Below, piece after piece: positions 18,116 through 27,667 of a stretch of DNA of 64,000 nt. Both the position numbers and the translations under genes were made by a program. The number at the start of each line of letters is the position of its first letter. Position 1 is the stretch's first letter. The notes under the pieces were generated by a model, which was not told the DNA's origin, searched no databases, and saw nothing but the letters and a program-made list of their open reading frames with translations. Source of the stretch: Gammaproteobacteria bacterium (GTDB taxonomy: Bacteria; Pseudomonadota; Gammaproteobacteria; Pseudomonadales; Pseudohongiellaceae); the NCBI GenBank assembly GCA_002723195.1, contig PBNR01000044.1, forward strand, positions 54,415 to 118,414, given 5' to 3'.

Positions 18116-19324
18116 TTAATCCCAGCGGGCCTTTGCGGGCTCAGGATTTCCGAGTAATTCGTTAAGTGCAGCGATTGCGCCACTATTATCGATAGCAGGA
18201 ACTGGGTCCTCACCCTCAGTTATAATCTTAACTACTTTATTAACCAAGGAAGGAGCAAGAGTAAGCTTTGTGGGCCAACCGAGAATGATGTTTGATTCGA
18301 CAGAAATATAAGCGTCATCCGGCCGGTATTTATTATTGATATTTGCTTCGGCCCTGTTGATCGAGAAACAATCCCAGCTAGCAGTGGCAGTATCGATCCA
18401 AGGAAGAAATTTATCCAGTAAATGTTTCGCAGATAAAATCTGTTCATCGCGGCCCTTATTTACGCCTTCTTCCGCTAGGTTACCGCCTAAGTACCAGACT
18501 GTTTGTCCATCCAGACCAGTATGTGAAGTTACTGTAAGCTCCGGTGTTAGGCTGAAATCATCGCCAATGAAGTGTGAATACAATTGGGGTAAGTCAGAAT
18601 CTTTAAGGTAAACCATATGTAATGGCCTTTCCTGTGCACTTGTTCTTTCAATGCCGGTTTTTTCGATTAGTTGCTTATTGCCTGCGCCAGCACAGAAAAT
18701 AAAGCGCTCTGCTTCGATCACTATTTGCTCGCCATTAATATCTATTTTCAAAATGTGTTTATCATTTTGAGTATTTATCTTGAACTGATAAATTCCTTCC
18801 TTAATTGCTAACAACCTATTGGCAACAGGTTCTCGTAACCTTTCTAATAAACTCGGCGTATGAATTACGAAATCAGGCAATTGATACAAAGTACCCTTAC
18901 TCGTTATTCCACTAAAGATTTCCGGGTAGGTTTCCTCTTTTACAACCTCGATTCGACCGGTTAGGCTCCTACTCCCCAAAAACGCTTTGAGTTTAGAACG
19001 TAGACTGCCGTGAGACCACATGTAATAGTGATTGCTTAATACAGGAACGCCCGTAAGATCTGGTTCACCTTGTCCACTCAGATGTTGACGCCAAACCGAG
19101 GGCATATCGGCAATAACCTCTGACGCTTGGGTTAGAGAGCCGCTAAGTGCGTACTTTAGCCCGCCATGAATTATCCCCTGTGAAGCTAGAGTTTGGCCTC
19201 CACCTAAAGTATTAGTTTCAAATAGAAGGGGGCTATAGCCAATATTTTGTAATCGATTAAGCAACCACAGGCCTGCTATGCCACCACCAAAAATGACGAT
19301 GTCTGTTGAATAGCGTAAAGTCAT
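18116..19324 (-). CDS. FAD-dependent oxidoreductase (DAO/glycerol-3-phosphate dehydrogenase-like)
   Basis: The N-terminal Rossmann motif is DIVIFGGGIAGLWLLNRL. As I recall it, the AKR + FAD-oxidoreductase pair next to waaA is also seen in Pseudomonas. Confidence 0.75.
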   Translation of the reverse strand: MTLRYSTDIVIFGGGIAGLWLLNRLQNIGYSPLLFETNTLGGGQTLASQGIIHGGLKYALSGSLTQASEVIADMPSVWRQHLSGQGEPDLTGVPVLSNHYYMWSHGSLRSKLKAFLGSRSLTGRIEVVKEETYPEIFSGITSKGTLYQLPDFVIHTPSLLERLREPVANRLLAIKEGIYQFKINTQNDKHILKIDINGEQIVIEAERFIFCAGAGNKQLIEKTGIERTSAQERPLHMVYLKDSDLPQLYSHFIGDDFSLTPELTVTSHTGLDGQTVWYLGGNLAEEGVNKGRDEQILSAKHLLDKFLPWIDTATASWDCFSINRAEANINNKYRPDDAYISVESNIILGWPTKLTLAPSLVNKVVKIITEGEDPVPAIDNSGAIAALNELLGNPEPAKARWD

Positions 19325-19443
19325 TGGTTACCTTTATAGATCTATTGGATGATTTGTAGATAGTAATTGAAAGCGACCTGAGTATATCGATATCAATCCT
19401 ATTTTCTCAACAACACTTTCTAAATCTACAGCTTGCGTTAAAG

Positions 19444-20721
19444 ATGTTTAATTATCTATACAATTTTTTGTTGATCCTTTTTTTACCCCTCATGCTTTTG
19501 CGCCTGTATCTGCGAGGAGCCCGAGTGCCAGGATATAGACAACGTATCGGTGAACGCTTTGGCCGCTTCAATCCGCCGGCAGAATTCAATAAACATGAAA
19601 AATCTATTTGGATCCACGCTGTGTCCGTAGGGGAGACGGTTGCCGCAGAACCACTAGTGCGATTAATTAGCGAAACGTACCCTAAGACCCAGCTATTGAT
19701 CACTTCTACGACCCCTGCTGGCTCTGATCGAGTTAAAGACCTCTTTGGCAATTCGGTGCTCCACTCGTATCTGCCTTACGATTTATCAGTACTAGTTAAC
19801 TGCTTCTTAAATCGTGTAAACCCTTGTCTGTTAATAGTTATGGAAACCGAATTGTGGCCGAATCTAATTTATCAGTGCAGGAAGCGGGGAGTTAAGATTT
19901 TACTGGCCAATGCAAGGCTGTCTGAACGATCTGCTGTTAGGTATTCTAGAATACCTGCCACTACCAAAACCATGTTGCAATCAATAAATGCAATTGCTGC
20001 TCAATCGGAGGCAGATGGGAAAAGATTGGAAACTCTGGGTGCCAACGCCCAGCAGGTCACAATTACTGGCAACTTGAAATTTAACGTTAGGCAAAGTTTG
20101 ATCTCTAGCATAGAAGATCCTTTCTTTAACGCTATAAAAAAATTAGGACGCACAATTATTATTGCCGCGAGCACGCGAGAAGGTGAAGAAAAGATATTGC
20201 TGAATACGATTATAGAGATTCTTAGCGATAACCCTAACGTACTGTTTCTTGTTGTGCCGCGCCATCCAGAGCGATCTAATCAGGTATGTGAGATTTTCGG
20301 GAAAGCAGGGCTAGTTACCCTGCGCCGAACTCAATGGCCAAGCATAACGGAAGAACTGCAAGTTATAGTGGGTGACAGCATGGGAGAGATGGATGCTTAT
20401 TATTCCATGGCTTCGATAGCCTTTGTTGGAGGCAGTCTAGTAGATACTGGTTGTCAGAATGTCCTTGAGCCCGCCGCACATTCATTACCAGTCTTAGTCG
20501 GACCGTCACAGTTTAATTTCGAACAGATTTGCAATCAACTTGAGAAGGAAGGGGGATTGCAAACTGTTGCTACTCAAAAGGAACTTTCCAGAGCTTTGGT
20601 TGAATTACTTACCAATACTGGAAAACGACAGCGAATGGGCGCCGCAGCAAGATCCGTTATTGATTCTAATCAACAAGCGTTGCGAGGAGTTATGGAATTG
20701 GTAAACAGGCTGTTAAAGTAA
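19444..20721 (+). CDS. waaA: 3-deoxy-D-manno-octulosonic acid (Kdo) transferase
   Basis: IWIHAVSVGE, METELWPNL and VVPRHPER are typical KdtA/WaaA motifs. The protein is 425 aa. Confidence 0.92.
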   Translation: MFNYLYNFLLILFLPLMLLRLYLRGARVPGYRQRIGERFGRFNPPAEFNKHEKSIWIHAVSVGETVAAEPLVRLISETYPKTQLLITSTTPAGSDRVKDLFGNSVLHSYLPYDLSVLVNCFLNRVNPCLLIVMETELWPNLIYQCRKRGVKILLANARLSERSAVRYSRIPATTKTMLQSINAIAAQSEADGKRLETLGANAQQVTITGNLKFNVRQSLISSIEDPFFNAIKKLGRTIIIAASTREGEEKILLNTIIEILSDNPNVLFLVVPRHPERSNQVCEIFGKAGLVTLRRTQWPSITEELQVIVGDSMGEMDAYYSMASIAFVGGSLVDTGCQNVLEPAAHSLPVLVGPSQFNFEQICNQLEKEGGLQTVATQKELSRALVELLTNTGKRQRMGAAARSVIDSNQQALRGVMELVNRLLK

Positions 20722-20725
20722 CAGA

Positions 20726-22051
20726 TTATTCGTACTGTCTCGTTAGGTTTTCGACTCCGTTGCTAGTTATCAGGACATTATCTTCCACGCGAATACCTCC
20801 ACATGGATATAACTCGTCAATAAGCTTCCAGTTAATTACGCTCCCCCTTTTCGTGGTTCTTTCTGGTTCTAATAACAGAGGGATAAAATAGCAACCCGGC
20901 TCGATAGTAAACACCATGCCTTTGTTTAGTTTCCTAGTATTTCGTAAATTTGGCGAATGATTCGGGGGTAACTTGATTTTCCCGCTTATGTTTTGCTGAT
21001 GGCCACCTACATCGTGAACCTGTATGCCAAGCAGATGACCGACACCGTGGGGCATGAACAATTGGGGGATTTCATTTTCCAAAAGTTCATCTGCGGTTCC
21101 TCCGCAGATTGCTAGATCAATTAACAGTTGCCCGATTTTTTTCAGAGCAGTGAGATGAATTTCAGGGTAGGCAATACTCGGCTTTAGCAGCAGCACTAAT
21201 TCTTGCTCGATGATTTCCATGCCGGCCAGCAACTCCTTAAAAGTTTCGTTAACGGTCCGTTTTGCACTGGTCCGTGTCACATCTGAACTATAACCGTTTA
21301 CGCGGCAACCCGCGTCGATAAGCAACACTTTACTGATATTTGGACGATTTTTGTTTTTTTGCTGGTAGTGCAGTACTGCTGCATTTTTATCTAAAGCAAC
21401 TATATTCGTGTAAGGGCTCTCTTCTTCTAGCATAGCGCACGCATTCAAATAAGCCATATGGATATCGTATTCGCTGCCTCCTGATAGGAAAGTTTGTCGT
21501 GCAGTGATATGACCAACAAGCGCTAAACGATTTGCTTCCTTTAATTGCGCTACTTCATAGGAAGATTTATAGGCACGTTGGTAATTGAGATAGTCTATAA
21601 TCCCCTGTGGATTAATTGCCCGAGATTCGATTCCTATTTCTAGCGCCATAGCCGCGTTTGGACCCAGGTAACCAGTTTGTGAGTTAGGTATTTGTTTAGT
21701 AATTTCACTAGTAGACCTTAGGCGAATTATCTGGAAACTGTTGGCCCACCAACTGACATTTTCTATGTTTTGGTCATGCCAGTAGTCATCAGGAATTATC
21801 TGAAAATAAATTGGTTTTTGTCCGGGTACGTAATAAGCAAATTGGTCTGGTTTATTAATTGGCAACCAATGCAAATAATGACCATAGGCTTGAAACGGGA
21901 TAGCGCGATCATCGGCGAAGTAGAAGGCCGCACTGCCGCTATGCACTAGGAGAGCCTCCAATCGCCCGCCTTGCTCACGATGCAATGCCAGTGCTTCAGC
22001 ATAGTAATCAGTTAGAGAATTAATATGTTGTTGAAAAAGCTTCGAGTTCAA
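20726..22051 (-). CDS. pepQ: Xaa-Pro dipeptidase (M24B prolidase)
   Basis: The M24B metal-ligand regions are LLIDAGCRVNGYSSDVTRT, HGVGHLLGIQVHDVGG, FTIEPG and IRVEDNV. Confidence 0.85.
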   Translation of the reverse strand: MNSKLFQQHINSLTDYYAEALALHREQGGRLEALLVHSGSAAFYFADDRAIPFQAYGHYLHWLPINKPDQFAYYVPGQKPIYFQIIPDDYWHDQNIENVSWWANSFQIIRLRSTSEITKQIPNSQTGYLGPNAAMALEIGIESRAINPQGIIDYLNYQRAYKSSYEVAQLKEANRLALVGHITARQTFLSGGSEYDIHMAYLNACAMLEEESPYTNIVALDKNAAVLHYQQKNKNRPNISKVLLIDAGCRVNGYSSDVTRTSAKRTVNETFKELLAGMEIIEQELVLLLKPSIAYPEIHLTALKKIGQLLIDLAICGGTADELLENEIPQLFMPHGVGHLLGIQVHDVGGHQQNISGKIKLPPNHSPNLRNTRKLNKGMVFTIEPGCYFIPLLLEPERTTKRGSVINWKLIDELYPCGGIRVEDNVLITSNGVENLTRQYE

Positions 22052-22230
22052 TATTCATTCTTGCTGGTCATGTTATAACGCTGCAAATTATACTGCTGAA
22101 GAACAACAATAAAAGGGGGATAGCATACGAATTGCTATAATTATGCTAGGAAAAGAATAAAGATAGAGTTGCAATATCCAACTTTAGGGATAGCAAATTC
22201 TTCACTTAGTTAAATTTAGGGAGCTAAAAG

Positions 22231-22512
22231 ATGTCAAAAATTCCTGTTTATATGATTGCTAACTTAGTAGTAAGCGATGTGGACGAGTATAAAAATTACG
22301 AAAAAGGATTTTTCCCAATTCTTAAACGCTTTGGTGGTGAATTCATAACTTTCGATGATAATCATGAAAACTTAGAAGGGGCAGATCCATTGGAAGGTCG
22401 TGTGATCATATTCAGATTCCCATCAGAACAAGTTGCGAAAGATTGGTACAACGACGACGAATATCAAACCCTATCGGAATCCCGTCGGGCGGTACTACGC
22501 TTAGGTCTTTAA
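22231..22512 (+). CDS. DUF1330-family small protein
   Basis: This 93-aa protein has YMIANLVVSDVDEYKNYEKGF...RVIIFRFPS...AKDWYNDDEYQ, which fits the DUF1330 pattern as I recall it. Confidence 0.65.
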   Translation: MSKIPVYMIANLVVSDVDEYKNYEKGFFPILKRFGGEFITFDDNHENLEGADPLEGRVIIFRFPSEQVAKDWYNDDEYQTLSESRRAVLRLGL

Positions 22513-22754
22513 CTCTAGTTCATGGGCTACCTCCGCGAGATTAAGAATGAGTTGCGGTGCCCAGGATTTTTTCCTAGGTGACATAGCTTTATTTATCGGT
22601 AATGTTAACTATCCTGGTTCCGCGCGGTCTTGAAATAGTCTCACAACATAGACATTGCGTCATGTAACTGTCGAAGTTGAATTTACTTTATAAATTGCAT
22701 GTTCAATTGCTGATCTTAAAGGTGGTGGATGGCTTTGGCCGCACAATCAATTAC

Positions 22755-25712
22755 TTACTCTTCGTAATTTTCTATCGGTGGACAGGTACATAATAAATTT
22801 CTATCGCCATAAACATTGTCGATACGATTAACCGGTGGCCAGTATTTCCCTTCCACGTTACCACCCAAAGGAAAGGCTGCCTGGGTTTTGTTATAAGGGC
22901 GCTCCCATTCATCAACCATGTCAAGCATCGTGTGAGGTGCTTGTTTCAGAGGATTATTTTCGGCATCAATTTCACCGGATTCGACTTGTTTAATTTCCTG
23001 GCGAATCTTTATCATGGCATCGATGAAACGATCCAATTCCTCTTTTGATTCACTCTCAGTTGGCTCGATCATCAAGGTGCCAGCAACTGGGAAGGACATA
23101 GTCGGCGCATGAAAACCAAAATCCATTAAACGTTTTGCAATGTCTTCTTCACTAATACCTGTGGCCTGTTTTAATGGTCGCATATCGATGATGCACTCGT
23201 GGGCTACCATGCCAGTGGTGCCGGTATACAATACAGGAAAGTGCGGGGCCAGTTTCAGGGCGATGTAGTTGGCGTTTAGAATCGCTACCTGAGTAGCCTT
23301 TAACAAACCAGAATCGCCCATCATTGCGATGTACATCCAGGAAATTGGCAGAATGCCGCAACTACCCCAAGGAGCGGCCGATATGGCGCTGTTTTCTGCT
23401 TTTGGTCCCTCAATACTTATAACCGAATGGTTTGCCAGATAGGGCGCCAGATGATTTTTGACCCCTATTGGACCCATGCCCGGACCCCCACCGCCATGCG
23501 GGATGCAGAACGTCTTGTGGAGATTCACATGAGACACATCCGCGCCGATCTCAGCTGGTTTTGCGATTCCTACTTGGGCATTTAAGTTTGCCCCATCCAT
23601 GTAAACCTGGCCGCCATTATCATGAATTATCTGACAACTTTCTTTTACTGATTCTTCATAAACCCCATGAGTCGAAGGATACGTAATCATCAGTGCAGCT
23701 AGTTCATTTTTGTGTAACTCTGCTTTCGTTTTTAAATCTGCACAATCAATGTTTCCATCTTCATCGCAGGCAACAAGAACAACTTTCATACTTAGCATTT
23801 GTGCGCTGGCTGGATTGGTTCCATGGGCTGAGCTTGGGATCAAACAAACATCGCGGTATCCACTGCCCTCGCTAGACAGGTACTTTTTGATTGCGAGCAA
23901 GCCCGCATATTCCCCTTGGGCTCCGGAATTCGGTTGCATGCTAATCGCGTCGAACCCTGTAATCTCTGCCAACATGCCTTCTAACTCTTTGATTATTTGT
24001 TGATACCCCGCCATCTGCTCTAGCGGAGTAAAGGGATGTGGCTTGGCAAACTCAGGCCAGCTAATTGGAATCATTTCTGCTGCTGCATTGAGTTTCATAG
24101 TGCAGGAACCCAATGGAATCATTGCGTGAGTAAGTGAGATATCTTTATTTTCAAGGCGTTTTATGTACCTCATCATTTCAGTTTCGCTGTGGTAGCGATT
24201 GAATATTGGATGCTGTAGATAGGAACTTCGCCTCAGCAAATTGTCTGATATAGCTGAAGAAACTTCAGCTTGGGTTATTGCAGCGTCGATAACAGAGACA
24301 GAAAGCTTTTGGCAGCCTTCTCCGAGTAGTACCTTCCAGAGTCTTTCTACATCTTTGCTTGTTGTGCACTCGTCAAGACTAATGCCGACGGTACCGTGCT
24401 CTACTACTCTGTCCATGCGCAAATTAATTCCTGCTAATGTGCAGCGTTCCTTCAGCGCCTGGACTTTGTCCTTATGAATTTTTATCGTTAGCGTGTCAAA
24501 GTAATTTTCATTTACTATGGACAAACCCGATTGCTCAATGCCTTTTGCGAAAATAGTAGTTAAACGATGAATCCGTTGAGCAATAATTTTAAGCCCATCC
24601 GGGCCATGGTACATAGCATAAAGCGCTGCAATATTCGCAAGTAATACCTGGGCGGTGCAGATATTGCTGTTGGCTTTCTCTCTGCGAATGTGTTGCTCTC
24701 GGGTTTGTAATGCCATACGGAATGCTTGTCTTCCCCGCTTATCGATAGAAACTCCTATGATGCGACCGGGAACTGCACGCTTATATTCATCTTTTGTTGC
24801 AAGGTAAGCGGCGTGTGGCCCTCCATAACCCATGGGTACACCGAACCGCTGTGTACTGCCAATTACAACATCCGCATTCATTTCACCTGGCGGTTTAAGA
24901 AGAGCAAGACTCATTAAATCAGCAGCTACGATGGCTATGGCTTTGTTAGTATGAAGGTCTGCAATAACATCAGTAAAATCTATAGCTTCACCAAGCATCG
25001 AAGGGTATTGAAAGATGGCGCCAAATAACTCTTCATGGTTTATGGCATCAATTCCACCAATTATTAATTCCCATCCAAAGCACTCGGCGCGCGTCTTAAT
25101 GACGTCAATAGTCTGCGGGAAACAGTGTTCATGGACAAAGAATTTATTGGCCTTGCGGTTTTTGCTTACCCGCTTGGCTAGAGCCATTGCTTCGGCGGCC
25201 GCGGTGGCCTCATCTAGAAGTGATGCATTTGCAAGGTCCATCGCGGTTAGATCCAAGGTTAATTGCTGGAAGTTAAGTAAACATTCCAGGCGCCCTTGAG
25301 AAATTTCCGGTTGGTAAGGTGTATAGGCTGTGTACCATCCGGGATTTTCGAGCACGTTACGCAGAATCACATTTGGGGTATAAGTGTCATAATAGCCTAG
25401 CCCTATGAAGGAACGCGTATTTTTATTTTTAACTGCAATAGATTTTAGTTTTGCCAGAGCTTTGTTTTCTGTTGTTGGTTTTCCGAGCGATAGCGGTTTA
25501 TTGGCCAGGATTGAATCAGGAACAGATTTTTTAATCAGTGCTTCTAGTGAGTCTAATGACAGCACACTAAGCATTTTCGCTATATGGTCATCCCCTGGAC
25601 CTATATGACGGTTTATAAACTCATTCTGTTGTTCAAGTATTTCTAAGGTGGGTGCTGAATCATTCTGGGCGGAGTCAGGCGGTATGGGTGAGGTTTTCGC
25701 TGGTGTCTGCAT
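22755..25712 (-). CDS. gcvP: Glycine dehydrogenase (decarboxylating), glycine cleavage P protein
   Basis: It is a 985-aa single-chain P protein. The PLP-lysine region is [16 protein letters not shown]. It is collinear with enterobacterial GcvP. Confidence 0.97.
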   Translation of the reverse strand: MQTPAKTSPIPPDSAQNDSAPTLEILEQQNEFINRHIGPGDDHIAKMLSVLSLDSLEALIKKSVPDSILANKPLSLGKPTTENKALAKLKSIAVKNKNTRSFIGLGYYDTYTPNVILRNVLENPGWYTAYTPYQPEISQGRLECLLNFQQLTLDLTAMDLANASLLDEATAAAEAMALAKRVSKNRKANKFFVHEHCFPQTIDVIKTRAECFGWELIIGGIDAINHEELFGAIFQYPSMLGEAIDFTDVIADLHTNKAIAIVAADLMSLALLKPPGEMNADVVIGSTQRFGVPMGYGGPHAAYLATKDEYKRAVPGRIIGVSIDKRGRQAFRMALQTREQHIRREKANSNICTAQVLLANIAALYAMYHGPDGLKIIAQRIHRLTTIFAKGIEQSGLSIVNENYFDTLTIKIHKDKVQALKERCTLAGINLRMDRVVEHGTVGISLDECTTSKDVERLWKVLLGEGCQKLSVSVIDAAITQAEVSSAISDNLLRRSSYLQHPIFNRYHSETEMMRYIKRLENKDISLTHAMIPLGSCTMKLNAAAEMIPISWPEFAKPHPFTPLEQMAGYQQIIKELEGMLAEITGFDAISMQPNSGAQGEYAGLLAIKKYLSSEGSGYRDVCLIPSSAHGTNPASAQMLSMKVVLVACDEDGNIDCADLKTKAELHKNELAALMITYPSTHGVYEESVKESCQIIHDNGGQVYMDGANLNAQVGIAKPAEIGADVSHVNLHKTFCIPHGGGGPGMGPIGVKNHLAPYLANHSVISIEGPKAENSAISAAPWGSCGILPISWMYIAMMGDSGLLKATQVAILNANYIALKLAPHFPVLYTGTTGMVAHECIIDMRPLKQATGISEEDIAKRLMDFGFHAPTMSFPVAGTLMIEPTESESKEELDRFIDAMIKIRQEIKQVESGEIDAENNPLKQAPHTMLDMVDEWERPYNKTQAAFPLGGNVEGKYWPPVNRIDNVYGDRNLLCTCPPIENYEE

Positions 25713-25814
25713 AAATCCTTTCTACTTGATAAGAGCTGTTTAAACAAGAACAAATACTTGAATGTGTTCGCAGTACTATAGCATTTGATCTGTTCTAGCA
25801 AGGTTCTACTAGCA

Positions 25815-26204
25815 TTATTCGTCTTCGCAATGGGTCGAATAGCTATCCTTGTCCATAAGTTTTAGTAGCTCCCCCTCGTTAGCGATTGTTACTTTGAAAA
25901 ACCACCCATCTTGATAAGGAGACGAATTCACCGTTTCGGGAGCATCTAGCAGTTCATTGTTAATTGCAGCGATCACTCCAGAAACTGGGCTGTAAATATC
26001 AGACGCTGCTTTGACTGATTCTACTACTGCCACTTCATCTTTAGCATTTATGGTGGAACCGATTTCGGGCAACTCTACGAAGACAATATCGCCAAGAGCA
26101 TATTGGGCATGATCACTAATCCCAACGGTGGCAGTACCATCATCGTTTTTTCGAATCCACTCATGGGTTGGAGCATATCTTAAGTCATCAGGAATATTAC
26201 TCAC
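25815..26204 (-). CDS. gcvH: Glycine cleavage system H protein
   Basis: The lipoyl-lysine motif is [17 protein letters not shown]. The protein is 129 aa. Confidence 0.95.
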   Translation of the reverse strand: MSNIPDDLRYAPTHEWIRKNDDGTATVGISDHAQYALGDIVFVELPEIGSTINAKDEVAVVESVKAASDIYSPVSGVIAAINNELLDAPETVNSSPYQDGWFFKVTIANEGELLKLMDKDSYSTHCEDE

Positions 26205-26260
26205 GCAATGGCTCCCTCACTAATTGATGCGCGAGCAGCGCTCTTGATGCTCGCTTATTC

Positions 26261-27349
26261 TTATTCAAAGACTTTCTTACCAAATCGCACAAAATTGGGC
26301 TTAACAATGCGCACCGATGTTAGCGTGCCACGCAGATCAACTTTGCAGGATTCGCTGTTGATAGGGATTCTAGCTAATGCAATTGACTGCTTCAATGTCG
26401 GTGAAAACGAGCCGCTGGTAATGAAGCCATTACCCTTATCCGTAACTACTTTTTGGCCTTCCCTAAGCACTCCTCGCCCTTCCAGGACCAATCCAACTAA
26501 TTGCGGTAATTTACCCTCATCGCGCAATAGCTTGTGGGCAATAAGTGCTGGTTTCCCAATGAACTCACGATCCGTTGGTTGGTAGGCTATAGTTTTTTCC
26601 AAGTTAGCAGCGAGGGGTGAAGTGCTTTCATCCATGTCTTGACCGTATAAATTCATACCTGCTTCCAGGCGAAGTGTGTCCCGTGCCGCCAGCCCGATCG
26701 GTTTTATGTCCGCTTCTAATAAACTATCCCAAAACTCAGATGCTTCTGAAGCAGGAAAGATAAATTCCAATCCTTTCTCGCCGGTATAACCGGTGCGAGC
26801 TACAAACCAGTTTTCTAATTCAATACCCTTAAAGTTGCTTAGCTTACGAATCCGCTGAGTATATTCGTCCGATAAAATTTCACAGACCTTGTCGATTGAT
26901 TGTGGGCCATGGACTGCCAGAATAGCGAGACGAGGTCTTTCTTCTACCGAAACGCCGAACCCAGAAGTGTGGTGGATCATCCAACGCATGACCTTTGTTC
27001 GGGTGGCACAGTTTGTAACCAAGCGATAACCGAACGTCATGTGGTATACAATCAGATCGTCTAAGACGTTGCCTTCATGATTCAGCATAGTGCTGTATAG
27101 GGCGTGGCCGGTTTCTTTGAGCTTCGCTACGTCGTTGGCCAACAGATAGCGCAAATATTTTTCTGCCTCTTCGCCGCTTACATCGATTACAGTCATATGG
27201 GAAACGTCAAATACACCCGCAGCGCTCCGAACCTGATTATGCTCTTTAATTTGGGACCCATAGTTAATGGGCATGTCCCATCCGGCAAAATTTACGACTT
27301 TTGCGCCAGCTTTAATGTGTTTTTGGTATAGAGCGGTTTGTTGTCCCAA
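26261..27349 (-). CDS. gcvT: Aminomethyltransferase, glycine cleavage T protein
   Basis: The TTG start gives MGQQTALYQKH (cf. E. coli GcvT MAQQTPLYEQH). The GVFDVSHM motif is present. Confidence 0.95.
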   Translation of the reverse strand: MGQQTALYQKHIKAGAKVVNFAGWDMPINYGSQIKEHNQVRSAAGVFDVSHMTVIDVSGEEAEKYLRYLLANDVAKLKETGHALYSTMLNHEGNVLDDLIVYHMTFGYRLVTNCATRTKVMRWMIHHTSGFGVSVEERPRLAILAVHGPQSIDKVCEILSDEYTQRIRKLSNFKGIELENWFVARTGYTGEKGLEFIFPASEASEFWDSLLEADIKPIGLAARDTLRLEAGMNLYGQDMDESTSPLAANLEKTIAYQPTDREFIGKPALIAHKLLRDEGKLPQLVGLVLEGRGVLREGQKVVTDKGNGFITSGSFSPTLKQSIALARIPINSESCKVDLRGTLTSVRIVKPNFVRFGKKVFE

Positions 27350-27667
27350 CTTGCAGTACTGAGATTCAATGTATTAGAGAGAACTTAATACTACCCCATT
27401 AACTCAGGTTTTTGACAGTTTTGTATGCGTACTACAAAACCGCCTGAAATAATTGCTCTCATTGATAATTTGGCTGTTTGACTTGATTCTTACAATGATG
27501 GCCGCGGGCTGGACTAGGGGTGCTTGATATTTTAAGTCGCAACAAGCTTTGTACTACCTTGCTCTGAATTGCGCTGGTTAAATGGGATACACCTTCAAAT
27601 AAGAGCGATAAGCGCCCATTCGAGCTGGGTTTCACTGGCGTCGGCAACGTATCTAAACTTCTTAACT

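Noticed and set aside
22755-25712. Many 60-100 aa ORFs in the track inside or antisense to gcvP (e.g. 23152-23361, 23468-24003, 24241-25608)
   Set aside because: All are embedded in a full-length, well-conserved 985-aa gene and have low-complexity, Arg/Ser/His-rich translations typical of off-frame artefacts. The same applies to nested ORFs inside the other long genes: 1128-1672, 2680-3297, 3521-4002, 32748-35979, 49464-50683 and others.
27350-27667. Possible glycine riboswitch in the gcvT leader
   Set aside because: On the correct (-) strand, none of the conserved aptamer blocks I recall are present. The + strand has a loose AGAGAGAAC ... ACCCC ... CTCAGGTTTTTGACAG resemblance. That resemblance is in the wrong orientation for gcvT and lacks the CCGAAGGGGCAA core. 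The 27459-27647 and 27569-27811 ORFs there overlap each other antisense and look spurious.
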